Shown in pieces: positions 12,429 to 26,160 of a stretch of 64,000 bases of DNA (positions are counted from its first letter, which is position 1; the number at the start of each line of letters is the position of its first letter). Origin of the DNA: Chrysomallon squamiferum. Taxonomy: Eukaryota; Animalia; Mollusca. The stretch lies in contig CM022677.1 in NCBI GenBank assembly GCA_012295275.1, positions 2,790,001-2,854,000 of the forward strand, given 5' to 3'. The translations under genes and the position numbers were made by a program. The notes below the pieces were generated by a model. It searched no databases and was not told the origin of the DNA. It saw nothing but the letters and a program-made list of their open reading frames with translations.

Positions 12429-15258
12429 AAATATTTTATACACTTTACTTAATTAAAATACATAATGAAAATATTGTATAAAATTCCCCGCACTGATGTA
12501 ACAGTCGATTCAGTATGTTACTTTTTCATGTGTTGTTTTACAGAATTAGAATATCATAAATGTCAGTAACTTGCTGTACATTGCATAAATTATCCTAGGA
12601 TATTTCGGATATATTGTTTACGTCATGAATACATGAATTTATTATTATTATTAACTGTATACAGTGGACTCTGCGAAAACCAGTCTTCGACTAATACAGA
12701 TTTCTGCATAAGCTGCACCATTTCAAAGTTTCGTCCAGCTATCGGTAACCTATTATGAACAAAAACTAATCCAATCTCGATGATTCTGGGTGCAAATTTC
12801 AGAACAAGTTTATATATAATTAGCTTTGTTAACAACAGCACACAATTTTCTAAGTATTATCATTTCTTAAACATTGATGGCAATTTGAACACAATTAGAC
12901 TAGCGCGTGAGATAAATTGATCGCTCTTCTTTGATTGCTTAACAAACAATGATGTCAAGCTTCTTGTAATACTATATGCAGCTAGATGAACACGAGTATT
13001 GTTAGATTTGCACGTGTTTCCAGTGTAAACAAACAGATTTAGCTACACACACATGTAGTGATTGTTACATGCAACTGTAGGAAATCACAGAGAAAACGAA
13101 TTAAAAAATCTGAATGGACTGAAGATACAAACAAACATCTGATTATCTTAAAATGAGAAAACAAATTAAATCTTTTGCTGCAGTTATGGAAAGCAGCTTT
13201 TGCAATTAATGTTAAACTTGGAGGCCATGACAGAGAAAGAAACACAAAAAAAAGAAAAAAAAACAAACAAAAAACGCAGTCAGCAATGACAGACTATTTA
13301 TCCTCTGACAACTGACAGACCATTAACATTTATAATAAAACAATATTCCAGTTTTATGTTATTTTAATCTTTAGAAAAAGTTCTCTGTCTAAAACGTATA
13401 TCACATTGGTCTCAATGAATCATCCGGTTTTGACAGCGTGCACTGTATTTTTTTTTTTTATTGTTTATATTTTAGTTATTTATCACATATTAATAGATAC
13501 GGTATATTGTTTATAGTAATTTGATATATGATATTCCTGAAAGTACCTACACATTTTACATTTATTACTCATTATACAGCTATATACGACGTTTCGTTAT
13601 CAGCGATTTTCTGTGGTGCGCAATGACGTACACCGAGAATCCCACAAACAGAAGAAAGAAAAAAGGGAGATTACTCTCATATAATTTTTTATTTTGGGAG
13701 GATGATGGATTTCTACTTTTATTTGCGGTATTTGTTATTTATGTTTTTTTTTGTTTTTTTTTCAGTTAAATGCAGATTCTAAGAATCACAAAGAGTTGAC
13801 TTCTTTATATATACAGGTAATGGTAGAATATTACTTTCTTGAAATGTTTTTTGCTTTTTTCGGTGTCTTTTCCTGGCGCGCTGAAATGTTAAATAAAAAC
13901 ATATGAAAGTTAATATGTTTTATTATATTTGTGAAATTTAAATTGTACTGAGGTAGCATTTCTTTTGATTATTAATATTAGTGTGTGTGCGTGTCTGTTT
14001 AAAACTGTATAAAAGAGTGATTAAAGTGAATCAAGTGAAAAGTGACACAATGTAATGAAATAATGAGTCAAGACAAATACATTTATGTTGAAATGACTAA
14101 ATACATGAAGATTAACAAAGATAAACGATTTTATTACATCATATTTCTATTGTGTTAGCGTCTGTAAAGATAAAAAAGGAGTAAAGGAGGTGGATAGGGA
14201 AATGTGGTCAGACAGTCAATGCTGTCATAAAACAGACAGGAATAAATTAATTAAAAAAATTAACTTACAAATACTTCTTTTTCTTTACTAGAATGATCAC
14301 TGTGAAATAAAGTATGATAAACGTTTAAAATTTACATTTTTATTAAAATATATAAAAACTGACAAAAAAAAAAAACCCCCCCCCAAAAAGAAAAAGAAAA
14401 AAGAAGCTAATCTGACAGCGGTATACATCGTGCACAAATGAAGAAAAGAACATATTAAAACTTCAAGTAACACTGGGTAGAAAAGTTTAAAAATAAATAA
14501 ATAAACAAATAAAGCCTTTATAATTCATAGCACTGGATGTAGATGAAAACAATATGTCGTTGTAGCAAGACTGAATATCAAATTACATTCTAGTTTTTAA
14601 TAATGTAAATATTATTTCAGTGTTTAAATCGAATTGTCATCATTTTATTATTTTTATACGTCTTTCATATCTACTGTCAGTCCACCCCTACGCAAACAAT
14701 TTAAAAGATTATTTTAACGTCGTTTTTAATTTACCTTTCGTTTTCGTTTTCTTGGATGAACTGGTTCTAAAAGACAAATATGAACTAATAAGACAGAAGT
14801 ATCTAAGACACTCTGCTGAAAACTCACTAACGTATTTTTAAAAGCTAAAATTTATTATTTGGTTCTTTTGCATTCAAAGACGTATCTAAAATAAGCCATG
14901 CCTATGTCAAACACTGACAGGTCACACCTATACAAACATATTTTAAATAATTTTGTCATAACAAAAATTGTTTGGTGGTATGAGCCATTATATATGTCAC
15001 TATTCTGATTTATGTTTGTGGGCTTCTTTTTATTTCTGTTTGTTTATTTCTCCATTTTTTAAGAAACACTGAAAGCATTTCAAAATTTGAGACCGTTTCA
15101 AATGAAATAAAATTCAAATATGATTCTTATCTCACCTTTATCAGGATGTAGATCAAGCAGTTTTTCTGTTGGGATCAAAATTCGGTAGATTTAAAATAAA
15201 ATAAAATAAAAATAAAATAAATAAAATAAATAAAACAATAAAATAAAAAAAAAACAAT

Positions 15259-15298
<40 letters not shown>

Positions 15299-16332
15299 GA
15301 TACCTAAACCAACATTTATTTTTATAAATACAACAAATTGTAAAACAATGAAATTCTTTTGCTAAAAACTATTGAAATAAGCTATCGTTTTCTTCAAAAC
15401 GATTGCGTTTTTCAGCCATGGATTTCTATTTAAAAATGACGAATAATTTTCAACTAAAGATTTGCAGTGACGTAGAAAGATCGGCGGGAAATATGAATAT
15501 GTCGACTATACATATTTCAGATCTATATTGAAAAAAGATCAAACCCAGCGTTAGGCCTGTAATTCACGTAAATATTTGTAACTACCGTCAATGTTTTTAG
15601 ATATGTATATGCATCATGATCGTAATATCTGTCTGTCAAATTATTTAATGTGAATCAACCTTAGACAAAGAATGGGAAATAGTGGATGCAAAATGGGCTA
15701 TAGATATAGAGATTTCAGCAGTTGTTATCTACACAAAAATATCCACTCACGCACACTCACACACACACACACATCATCATCATTTATATATGTGATTGTT
15801 TTTATGTATTTATGCATATATTTAGAAGTAGAAATCGCGTTAGCTTAGGAATTTTATTTTATTTTGAAAAATAATCATTTTCTAATTTCATTAGAATTTA
15901 TTTAATCTGTATAAGAGAGAGCTTTGTCCGGTTCATCTTTAAATCCAATTCGCTAGTTCTCCGCTGTTTTTTTACTAAACATTTTTTCATCTATAAAACA
16001 TTTTAACATTGGATACAGAAGCATTCGGGATTGTACAGAAATACACTTCTAGAACAATGCATTTATAAACATATTTAAAACATTTCAGAAACATTACATA
16101 GTATCCGTTTTTATATATCTATAAATAAAAGTGTAACCTCTCAAAACATTTTTTGACAAAAACATTACTGCACTGGCTGCTACACCACCATATTTTGTAT
16201 AAACAAGAAAGTATGTCGCCAAATATAACAATATCGTTATTAAATCTGCTTTTTTCCTATCAAAGAGTTCGCATCATTGAATGAGGTTGTATGGAATGTT
16301 CTGTTACGGTTGTCTCCGTTAGCAAAAGTTAA

Positions 16333-16383
<51 letters not shown>

Positions 16384-16438
16384 CATACTAGTGGTAATAC
16401 AGGCCAAATAAATGAATATTATTAATTAATTAATGTAC

Positions 16439-16472
<34 letters not shown>

Positions 16473-16476
16473 GTTA

Positions 16477-16512
<36 letters not shown>

Positions 16513-19064
16513 TAAATAAATCATGTAGACTGTCTAAAACCTTTTTAGGAGGATGCTGATGATCTACCTTTTATTTTTTTATTTTGCCTTGAAAGTGAAC
16601 ACCTTCCAATATTTCTTATGTTTAATGTATTTATTTTTAATGCAGGAAAATTTGAAATTCGCTATGACGTTTAACATGAGCTGAAAGTAAAAGTGAAGCT
16701 GTAATACTAACACAGTAAACTGAAAAACACATCTGTATTTGTTTTGTTTGTTTTTTCCAGATTAATGTCCTTCTTTTCGTATACTGAACAATTATGGTTT
16801 TTAATATTAAGTTATTTTATTAACAATAATAAGACTATACAGAAACACGTGAAGTGCTAGATGAATACTGTATTTATTACTGTATTGATATTACTGAAAA
16901 TTATCTGTGCACCTTTCAGTGTCATAATGTGATACTTTGTTTTATGACCATGTAACATGACATTCCGCGACACAATTTACATCTCTCCCTACATGAAATT
17001 ACATGATTAATCTAAAATTCAAATTTATCAAATTATGTAATTAAGACTATATCAGATTATTTTTTAAAAACACTGAGAAAAGTAAGTTAATCTAGAATGA
17101 AATTCCATGTTTATTCAATAATATAACTGATAATCTCTAATTAATGTAATTTTAATTTCTCCTATCAATAATACAGACATTATAAAACTTGCGTCTTATT
17201 TTGTTATCGATGGGTAAATTCAGCGAAGATTAAAAATTAATATGATTTACATGATAATTTGTATTCAGTATAACAAATTTAAGAAGTAATTTCAATACCC
17301 ATCCCAGCACGATTTGTAGACGTAAGAGATTATTGTAAAGAGACGGACAGGACGTCTCTCGGTGGCTTGAACAACGTAGACCTTCCCGTTGTAATTAAAC
17401 ATAGATTACTGGTGACAAATGAAAACAGCTACTGAAAGAATTCAAGTAAAATTAACTCATCATTTTTCCATTTCTCAACCCTTTGTTAGCTTTCTTTACA
17501 TTTGTTGTTAAACATTTAAACTTCTTGACTTGTGTACCTAATAACATTACCGAAAAAATCTTTTTTTTATTATTTTTATTTTTTTGATAACTGAACACTA
17601 ATTGTACAATAATAAAAAATATAATTTTAACATCAGCATAATTTTAATATTAATATTAATGTCTCAAGAAGATATTAATATTTAGATGTGAAGCGGAGAT
17701 ATTAAACTTCTATCTTTCGTTAACTTTACAAAATTATTCAAAATATGAAATTATCAAAAAAACAACGTTAATGTCGTCTATAATAAAATATTTACTTTTT
17801 CTGAGGCCCAGCATTGTTTTTGATCAGAGGACTGGTAAATTCATAACAAACGTTAAACAATTTCTCTCAATCTCAGTTTTGTCGTATAAACGACCGTAAT
17901 GTTAGCTAAAGGCGTTTTTCAGGTTTCTGAATAAAGACCAAACATTAATTCTAAAAGCAAGGGTTCTTTTTAATGTTATCACCGAAAAAATATAGGATGA
18001 AAATGTATATGCGCAATCTGAATGTGTGAGTGTGTGTGTGTCCATATCTCTCTGTATAAAAATGTAAAATTATCCTATTTAAATTTATTTTGTGAATATG
18101 AATGTGTAAGAAAAATGCCTTTTGTAAACTGAGAATGTAAAAAAAAAAAGGACTCAGTATTTTTATTGAAATGTACGCAAACTAATAAAAACATGTTCCT
18201 TACATCAATTCAGGTCTTTTGTTTTATGATTTACAGTCAGCGATCAAGTGGGTTAAGAGAATTTACATTATCCTCACTTGAAAAAATCACAGTTGTTTTC
18301 ACTCGCGTGTTTACAATAATCATGTTCTATGAAAAAGGATATATTTTCAGAGATAGGCTTGGTGCTGAAGTGTGCGCTTGTTTAACCAACACAGCATGTT
18401 TTTCTACCGAGTTCAAGATTAATAAAGTGTAATGAAAATTATAAACAACATTCACAGATTTCTTCGTTGGAATATTTAGATTACTGTTACAGAAATGTGT
18501 TCAAAGTTTTTGGTAGAGATGTTTATTGCATTCGTAACAGTTTATTCAAATTTATCTTAAAAATGCATTAATAATGAAAAACAAGGCAACAACAGAAAAT
18601 GAAAAAATAATATTTATTTTAATAAATATCAACATTAGTAATTATAACTTAAACAACAAGTGTAAGTTAAACAGATATGTCTCTGTACAGAAGACACAGC
18701 AGGTACAGATCTAGGGTGTGGTGTGTTAACGTATTTGTGTGATGAGAAAATATCACAAATGTTCTCTTGCTCCTCTACCATGTAAAACTTTCCTTTTATT
18801 TTGTTCTCTCACACACTGCCTGAAATAAAAAATATAAACAGTTACCAAGTAAAATTTCTCAAACAGATTGTCATAGAATTTTATGGTATTTTAAAAGAAT
18901 GAGAAAGAGAGACAAAGCGAGAAAGATATAATGAGAGAGAGAGAAGAAAGTAAGGAAGATGATGATAGAAAGATAGAAAAAAACAAGTGAAACAGAAAAA
19001 ATACAAAAAAAACAACAACACAACAACATTCAACAAAATAAAATAAAATATAAGTGAAATATTG

Positions 19065-19102
<38 letters not shown>

Positions 19103-20099
19103 GAAATGTATACACATTTTTAACAGTGTTCTTATGGTTAATCTTTAAACTAACAGGCTCAGAAATCACATCCTGGCCTTAAATAAATGATAACTCAGAT
19201 TACCAAAAACACTTCTTATTAAAAACACTTCAATGAAAACAACAAAGATAAAGATGTGAAAACAAAAATCTGAAAACAAAAATCTAACAAAAATATGATT
19301 TCCTTTATAAACTTTGATCTGTGTATTTTATCAGCACATAAATATCAGTATCAGTGTGTGTGAATTAACAGAATATTTTATCATGTTATTCTGTGTATCA
19401 GAAAATGTTGATTAGAGTATTTAAAAAATCATACAAACACGATGGTAGAAAGTATTATTTTCTATATCAGAACACTGGATAGAGGCAACAATCATCAGTT
19501 AAGTTGTATGGTTGAAATTATCATTCTTTGTATCAGAACATTTTCTATAGAGCATTTTAAAAATCATTTTCTGTGAAGTAGAATTGACATTCATTCATTC
19601 ATTCATTCATTCATTCGTATAATTTGTAAAAACAATGGTTATCAAAAATTTCGCAGTTATTTAAAGATAAGCTTTCATCCCTGTCCATTTCACAAAAAGA
19701 ATTGAAATAATTTTATCAGCACATGATACCAGTACACATAATTACAAATGAAAGAATATCTTTTATTAACATTTAATTTTTTTTATCTGTTACCATTATA
19801 TTTTTGTTTTTTTGTTTTTATTTTTGTTTTTGTTATATGTGAGCCTTTCAGTGTGCATCAAGGCAAAAACCAACTACTCAGTTTAAACCTAGGAATCATA
19901 ATTATACATATACACTTTATGAACAGGGAAAGACAATGAAAGAAAGGAAGAAAGTGAAAGAGAAAATCAGAGATAGTGAGAGAGAAATAAAAAAGTCTAG
20001 ATAGGTAGGTTGATGATGTAGACCAACAGACAGACAGACATACAGCTTATTGTAGACATACACTGGTAAATAGATATATAGTTAATAGACTAGGCAGAT

Positions 20100-20145
<46 letters not shown>

Positions 20146-20190
20146 CACACACACACACATGCACACAGAAAGAGTGAGAGAAGCTGACAG

Positions 20191-20662
20191 ACTGGGAGTA
20201 GAAGGTAAATCAAATGACATTTATATATAATTAATCAAACACTAACTGGGAGTAGAAGGTAAATCAAGTGACATTTATATATAATTAATCAAACACTAAT
20301 TGGGAGTAGAAGGTAAATCAAATGACATGTATATATAATTAATCAAACACTAATTGGGAGTAGAAGGTAAATCAAATGACATGTATATATAATTAATCAA
20401 ACACTAATTGGGAGTAGAAGGTAAATCAAATGACATGTATATATAATTAATCAAACACTAACTGGGAGTAGAAGGTAAATCAAATGACATGTATATATAA
20501 TTAATCAAACACTAACTGGGAGTAGAAGGTAAACCAAGTGACATTTATATATAATTAATCAAACACTAATTGGGAGTAGCAGGTAAATCAAATGACATTT
20601 ATATATAATTAATCAAACACTAACTGGGAGTAGAAGGTAAATCAAGTGACATTTATATATAA
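20191..20662. repeat. 54 bp intronic minisatellite, ~8.7 copies
   Basis: A(C/T)TGGGAGTAGAAGGTAAATCAAATGACAT(T/G)TATATATAATTAATCAAACACTA at 20191, 20245 and onward. Confidence 0.95.
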
Positions 20663-21017
20663 TAAATCATATATTGATGATTTAAATGGAATACCTCCAC
20701 TCTGTTGTAGTAATCTATCTCGTTGTCTACAGACACAGAATCAGACACCAGCATCCATGCTATTCCACTGTTTGATCAAATAACTGGATCCTGGAAAATT
20801 CAAGCAGTAGTAGTGGTAGTAGTAGTACCTGTTTATATGTGAGAAGGAAATATATTGTTCTTTACATTAAAAAGAAAGGTAAGTTTTAGAAATTAAAGTA
20901 AAAGTTGATAATAAAACTGGATACAAAAGTTGATAAATATGTTAAGTATTGTAATGAGAAATGTTATTTCATGTTAATAATTTCTTATTTATTAATCTCT
21001 CTCGCTCCTCTCTCTTT

Positions 21018-21072
<55 letters not shown>

Positions 21073-21461
21073 ATACAAACTCACACAAACACACTACACA
21101 GACTGTATTCAAAACAAAATACATTCATATGTGGGTGTGTGTATTTGTTATAATAATAACTTTTTAAAACTATTTATCCAAAAATTACACATGCACATAT
21201 ATATATATATATATATATGTATCTATGTATGTATGTATACATATATTCACACACACAAACACACATGAAAAAACTAAAATCTTCATACACAGAATACAAC
21301 ACATACATATACTTTGTTTATTACCTGATGCCAGGTAGGTATTTCTCCATCTTTCTTGGCCCCAGTGATAGTGTTCCATTCATCAACACACAGAATACAC
21401 TCCTTAGAGTCTAGAAATTTAATATTCCTTCATCACCTTCTCTTCTCTTCTGTATTATTAT

Positions 21462-21463
<2 letters not shown>

Positions 21464-21553
<90 letters not shown>
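21464..21553. repeat. (AG)n microsatellite
   Basis: Direct reading. Confidence 0.95.
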
Positions 21554-21556
<3 letters not shown>

Positions 21557-22307
21557 ACATACTGAATTATCAAGTGGGAAAGACAACCAGATATAAATAT
21601 TCATAAATATGTAAAATAAATGGTAAAATAAAAAAAATAACTATAACTCTTTATCAGGATGTCCTCCAAGTGCTGTCAGTTTAATCAGGAAGCTGAAGAG
21701 ACAAATACAAGATGATTCAGTTTTCTCCCCTGACTTCTTGACAGTGAGACCTTAAAATTAATTAAGTTTATATAAATAATTTAAAAAGAAAACAACATAA
21801 CAACAGCATTAACAATAATAAAACCTTTTATTTAGTATGCCTGATTTTTTTCTTATTATTTTTACCATTGGATTAGCTTAGGTTAGAGTTAGGGTTAGGA
21901 CTAGGGTCAGGGTTAGATTTAGACTATTTATTTATTTATTTATTACTACTGCTGATGCTGATGTTACTATTACAACATCATAGCTGCTACTATCACCACC
22001 ACATTACATGTTGCTGCTGATATTTTTGGTACTAATTATTTTGTATTAAAATCTAATTTAATTTTTAAAAAATTAGCATTTTTTGTACTGAAAAATATAA
22101 AAATAATTTATTGTGTCAAGCTTACCTAATGAGTTTCCACCAGTATTCAAGCTCTTTAACTCAGAGTTGTGTCCCTTGGTGGTATAAACAAAGACTAAGG
22201 GCAGTTTCAATCTTAAATTTAAATAAAACAGACCTGAGTATTTTGTACAAAGCATTTAAACATACAAACTGATAACCAAATATTTCTTAACACACACCCA
22301 CCCACCC

Positions 22308-22467
22308 TATTATCAGAGTAGAAATTATTACTGTTGCTGACACACTCACTCTCACACACACACGCACTATTATCTGAGTAGCAATGATCACTATTGCTGA
22401 TAAACTCACTCACACACACTACTATCTGAATAGTAACAATGATCACTATTGCTGATACACTCACATT

Positions 22468-22499
<32 letters not shown>

Positions 22500-22597
22500 T
22501 TATCTGAGTAGCAATGATCACTATTGCTGATAAACTCACTCACACACACTACTATCTGAATAGTAACAATGATCACTATTGCTGATACACTCACATT

Positions 22598-22629
<32 letters not shown>

Positions 22630-22720
22630 TTATCTGAGTAGCAATGATCACTATTGCTGATAAACTCACTCACTCACACAAACTACTGTCATATTAATTA
22701 TCATGATTGCTGATATACAC
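22308..22720. repeat. minisatellite with palindromic core AGCAAT-N7-ATTGCT and (CA)n linkers (left part)
   Basis: TTATCTGAGTAGCAATGATCACTATTGCTGATA repeated as a ~130 bp two-subunit unit. Confidence 0.9.
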
Positions 22721-22749
22721 ACACTTATTCACACAAACACATGGTTCTA

Positions 22750-23790
22750 TCCCATCTTGTCTAAGTCATAAATAAATCACTAATCCCATGCACAGTACTC
22801 AAATAAGACACTGGACTAGACCACATGGTTGAGTGTTGTCCCATCCTGTCAAATTCCAAGTACCGGCCACAGAGGAACAACAAAACAAGTTGAATTTGTG
22901 TATTTAATATTCAAGCACTATATTCAGAGATAGTATTATTTAATATTCAAGTACTATATTCAGAGATAGTATTATTCAAAGTTCAAGCACTATATTCAGA
23001 GATAGTATTATTCAAAGTTCAAGCACTATATTCAGAGACAGTATTATTCAAAGTTCAAGCACTATATTCAGAGACAGTATTATTTAAAGTTCAAGCACTA
23101 TGTTCAGAGATAGTATTATTCAAAGTTCAAGCATTATATTCAGAGACAGTATTATTCAAAGTTCAAGCACTATGTTCAGAGACAGTATTATTCAAAGTTC
23201 AAGCATTATATTCAGAGACAGTATTATTCAAAGTTCAAGCATTATATTCAGAGACAGTATTATTCAAAGTTCAAGCATTATATTCAGAGACAGTATTATT
23301 CAAAGTTCAAGCACTATATTCAGCAACAGTATTATTCAAAGTTCAAGCACTATATTCAGAGACAGTATTATTCAAAATTCAAGCATTATATTCAGCAACA
23401 GTATTATTCAAAGTTCAAGCATTATATTCAGAGACAGTATTATTCAAAGTTCAAGCACTATATTCAGAGACAGTATTATTCAAAGTTCAAGCATTATATT
23501 CAGCAACAGTATTATTCAAAGTTCAAGCACTATGTTCAGAGATAGTATTATTCAAAGTTCAAGCATTATATTCAGCAACAGTATTATTCAAAGTTCAAGC
23601 ACTATATTCAGAGACAGTATTATTCAAAGTTCAAGAACTATATTCAGGGATACTGTGTTCAGATACACTATGATCTGCCTTCTCAATTCCTTGGATGAGG
23701 TCTACAAACTTGTAGATGTTGGGTGCTGGTCGGGTAGAGCTCTGTTGAGCTTGAATGGAACCCGGCAATGACGCAAACATGAGAGGGAAC
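22750..23790 (-). mobile_element. MULE/Mutator transposase C-terminal fragment, split by a 36-bp array
   Basis: Minus strand 23780-23650 reads, with frameshifts, AGFH-KLNRALPDQHPNIYKFVDLIQGIEKA, matching EGFHSRMNRSIQLHHPNIYRFTELIKGIET of the MULE at 40.8 kb. A possible terminal part (PVSYLSTVHGISDL) lies at ~22780-22880. Confidence 0.65.
22905..23650. repeat. 36 bp minisatellite, ~20 copies
   Basis: CAAGCA(C/T)TATATTCAGAGACAGTATTATTCAAAGTT; produces the 12-aa repeat ORF 23100-23771. Confidence 0.95.
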
Positions 23791-23898
23791 CAAAGAATCC
23801 ACACACAATGTAAAACTGGTTCCACAAACCAGGGCAAGAGGAGAACGTCACGGGATGCAACTGAAAATGTTAAACAAGCCAGGGAAGTGTCACTCACC

Positions 23899-24742
23899 AC
23901 ACATTATCTCAGTTATCACTATTGCTGATATACACACACACAGATTCACTCACACATAGACATCCACACATTATCTCAGTAGCAATTATCACTATTGCTG
24001 ATATACACACACATAGATTCACTCACACATACACATCCACACATTATCTCAGTAGCAATTATCACTATTGCTGATATATACACACAGATTCACTCACTCA
24101 CACATACACATCCACACTTTATCTCAGTAGCAATTATCACTATTGCTGATATACACACACACAGATTCACTCACACATACACATCCACACATTATCTCAG
24201 TAGCAATTATCACTATTGCTGATATACACACACACATACACATCCACACATTATCTCAGTAGCAATTATCACTATTGCTGATATACACACACACAGATTC
24301 ACTCACACATACACATCCACACATTATCTCAGTAGCAATTATCACTATTGCTGATACACACAGACACACACACACATTCACATACACACACACACACATT
24401 ATTATCTCAGTACATTATCACTGATATACACATACACACACACACAGATTCACTCACACATACACATCACATTACATTATCTCAGTAGCAATTATCACTA
24501 TTGCTGATATACACACACACACAGATTCACTCACACATACACATCCACACATTATCTCAGTAGCACATTATTTCACTATTCACACACTGATATACACACA
24601 CACAGATTCACTCACACATACACATCCACACATTATCTCAGTAGCAATTATCACTATTGCTGATATACACACACAGATTCACTCACACATACACATCCAC
24701 ACATTATCTCAGTAGCAATTATCACTATTTCTGATATACACA
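23899..24742. repeat. ~65-70 bp minisatellite, same family as 22308-22720 (right part); runs into the gap
   Basis: CACATTATCTCAGTAGCAATTATCACTATTGCTGATATACACAC..AGATTCACTCACACATACACATC, ~12 copies. Confidence 0.93.
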
Positions 24743-24942
24743 NNNNNNNNNNNNNNNNNNNNNNNNNNNNNNNNNNNNNNNNNNNNNNNNNNNNNNNNNN
24801 NNNNNNNNNNNNNNNNNNNNNNNNNNNNNNNNNNNNNNNNNNNNNNNNNNNNNNNNNNNNNNNNNNNNNNNNNNNNNNNNNNNNNNNNNNNNNNNNNNNN
24901 NNNNNNNNNNNNNNNNNNNNNNNNNNNNNNNNNNNNNNNNNN
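24743..24942. other. assembly gap (200 N)
   Basis: Run of N; the round length suggests a scaffolding placeholder of unknown true size. Confidence 0.98.
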
Positions 24943-25051
24943 TTTGTACTGATATAGAAATTTTATTTGAGACAATAACACTTTTTCTCACTGTTCATTT
25001 ACTACATTGGTTGTTTTTAAACTGATACTATATCCTCCAGTTTTATTGACT

Positions 25052-25318
25052 GAAAGTGTATGGGTCACAGCTTTAGTCTGGAATAGTGTCACTTGAAAAG
25101 TGTATGTGTCATAACTTTAGTCTGGAATAGTGTCACTTGAAAAGTTTATGGTTATAGCTTTAGTCTGGGATAGTGTCACTTGAAAAGTGTATGGTCACAG
25201 CTTTAGTCTGGGATAGTGTCACTTGAAAAGTGTATGGTCACAGCTTTAGTCTGGGATAGTGTCACTTGAAAAGTGTATGGTTATAGCTTTAGTCTGGAAT
25301 AGTGTCACTTGAAAAGTG
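25052..25318. repeat. 43 bp minisatellite, ~6 copies
   Basis: GAAAAGTGTATGGTCACAGCTTTAGTCTGG(G/A)ATAGTGTCACTT. Confidence 0.95.
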
Positions 25319-25646
25319 CTGTTCTGAGTGTGTGTGGCTGACAAGTTCTGTTCTGAGAAGAGATTAGTCAGATTACATTTGCTGTTAGGATTATCACTAG
25401 GATCAGGTTTAGTGTTGTATTACTTTCAGGACTATGGTTATTGTTCACATTAAATTTAATTATCTATTTATCTTGAGAGATTTTTCATGTAAAACTTGAA
25501 CAGGTTTATGATGGATGTTAGGATAAAAATTCAAAAAGCTTTCATTTCCAAAAATTTAATTGATAAAGTTCATGAGTGTAAAGAGAAAATTGCTGTCACT
25601 GTCTTTCTTGTCTTTATTATTAATATATGTCATTTCCCAATTGACA

Positions 25647-25677
<31 letters not shown>

Positions 25678-26065
25678 CATAACCTTTATTTGTATTGATA
25701 TCGCTGTTGTTACCTTTGTTTTGATATTAATATTGTGGTTCTCATTTTCTTTGAATATGCTTGGTGTAGCTATTACTCCTATATTGTTGTGGTTGTTGAT
25801 GTCGTTGCTGTCAGTGTTCTGCTCATATCACTATGATTGTTATTAGTAAATTGTCATAATTATCATCCGGTGGTCTGTTAATATTGTTGTGGTTGTTCTC
25901 ATTTTGCTGTGTTTAGGGTAACTGTTACTTTTATCATTTCGGTTAATATTATTGTTTACGTCTGTACTGTTAATCATAATGTTGTTATTGTGCATTTGGT
26001 CTTTTCAGTCACTGTTACTGTCAGTGTTGCTACTGAAGTTGTTTCTGGTATTTGTTGTTTTTGTC

Positions 26066-26066
<1 letters not shown>

Positions 26067-26156
<90 letters not shown>
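26067..26156. repeat. (ATT)n(AGT)n trinucleotide microsatellite
   Basis: Direct reading. Confidence 0.95.
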
Positions 26157-26160
26157 CAAG

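Larger units (their letters stand above)
18667..22211 (-). pseudogene. 3' part of a spliced protein-coding pseudogene, family unrecognised
   Basis: Exons 22211-22126, 21750-~21642, 21449-21325, 20790-20695 and 18819-18667, mostly with canonical AG/GT and matching phases. Spliced reading: IETALSLCLYHQGTQL*VKELEYWWKLIR|SHCQEVRGEN*IILYLSLQLPD..QHLEDILIKSY|REEKVMK..NIKFLDSKECILCVDEWNTITGAKKDGEIPTWHQ|DPVI*SNSGIAWMLVSDSVSVDNEIDYYNRVE|AVCERTK*KESFTW*RSKRTFVIFSHHTNTLTHHTLDLYLLCLLYRDISV*. Confidence 0.65.

Noticed and set aside
12659-12720. TA-CAGTGGACTCT pogo/Tc1-like terminus (and TACGGTA ends at ~13500 and ~44240)
   Set aside because: No matching partner TIR or transposase was found; too short to support.
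23100-23771. 223-aa Ser/Ile repeat ORF
   Set aside because: It is a 36-bp minisatellite with one stop-free frame, and it runs antisense into a MULE fragment.
22308-24742. CRISPR-like look: palindromic repeat with intervening sequence
   Set aside because: The 'spacers' are near-identical CA-rich linkers, no cas genes are present, and the context is eukaryotic.
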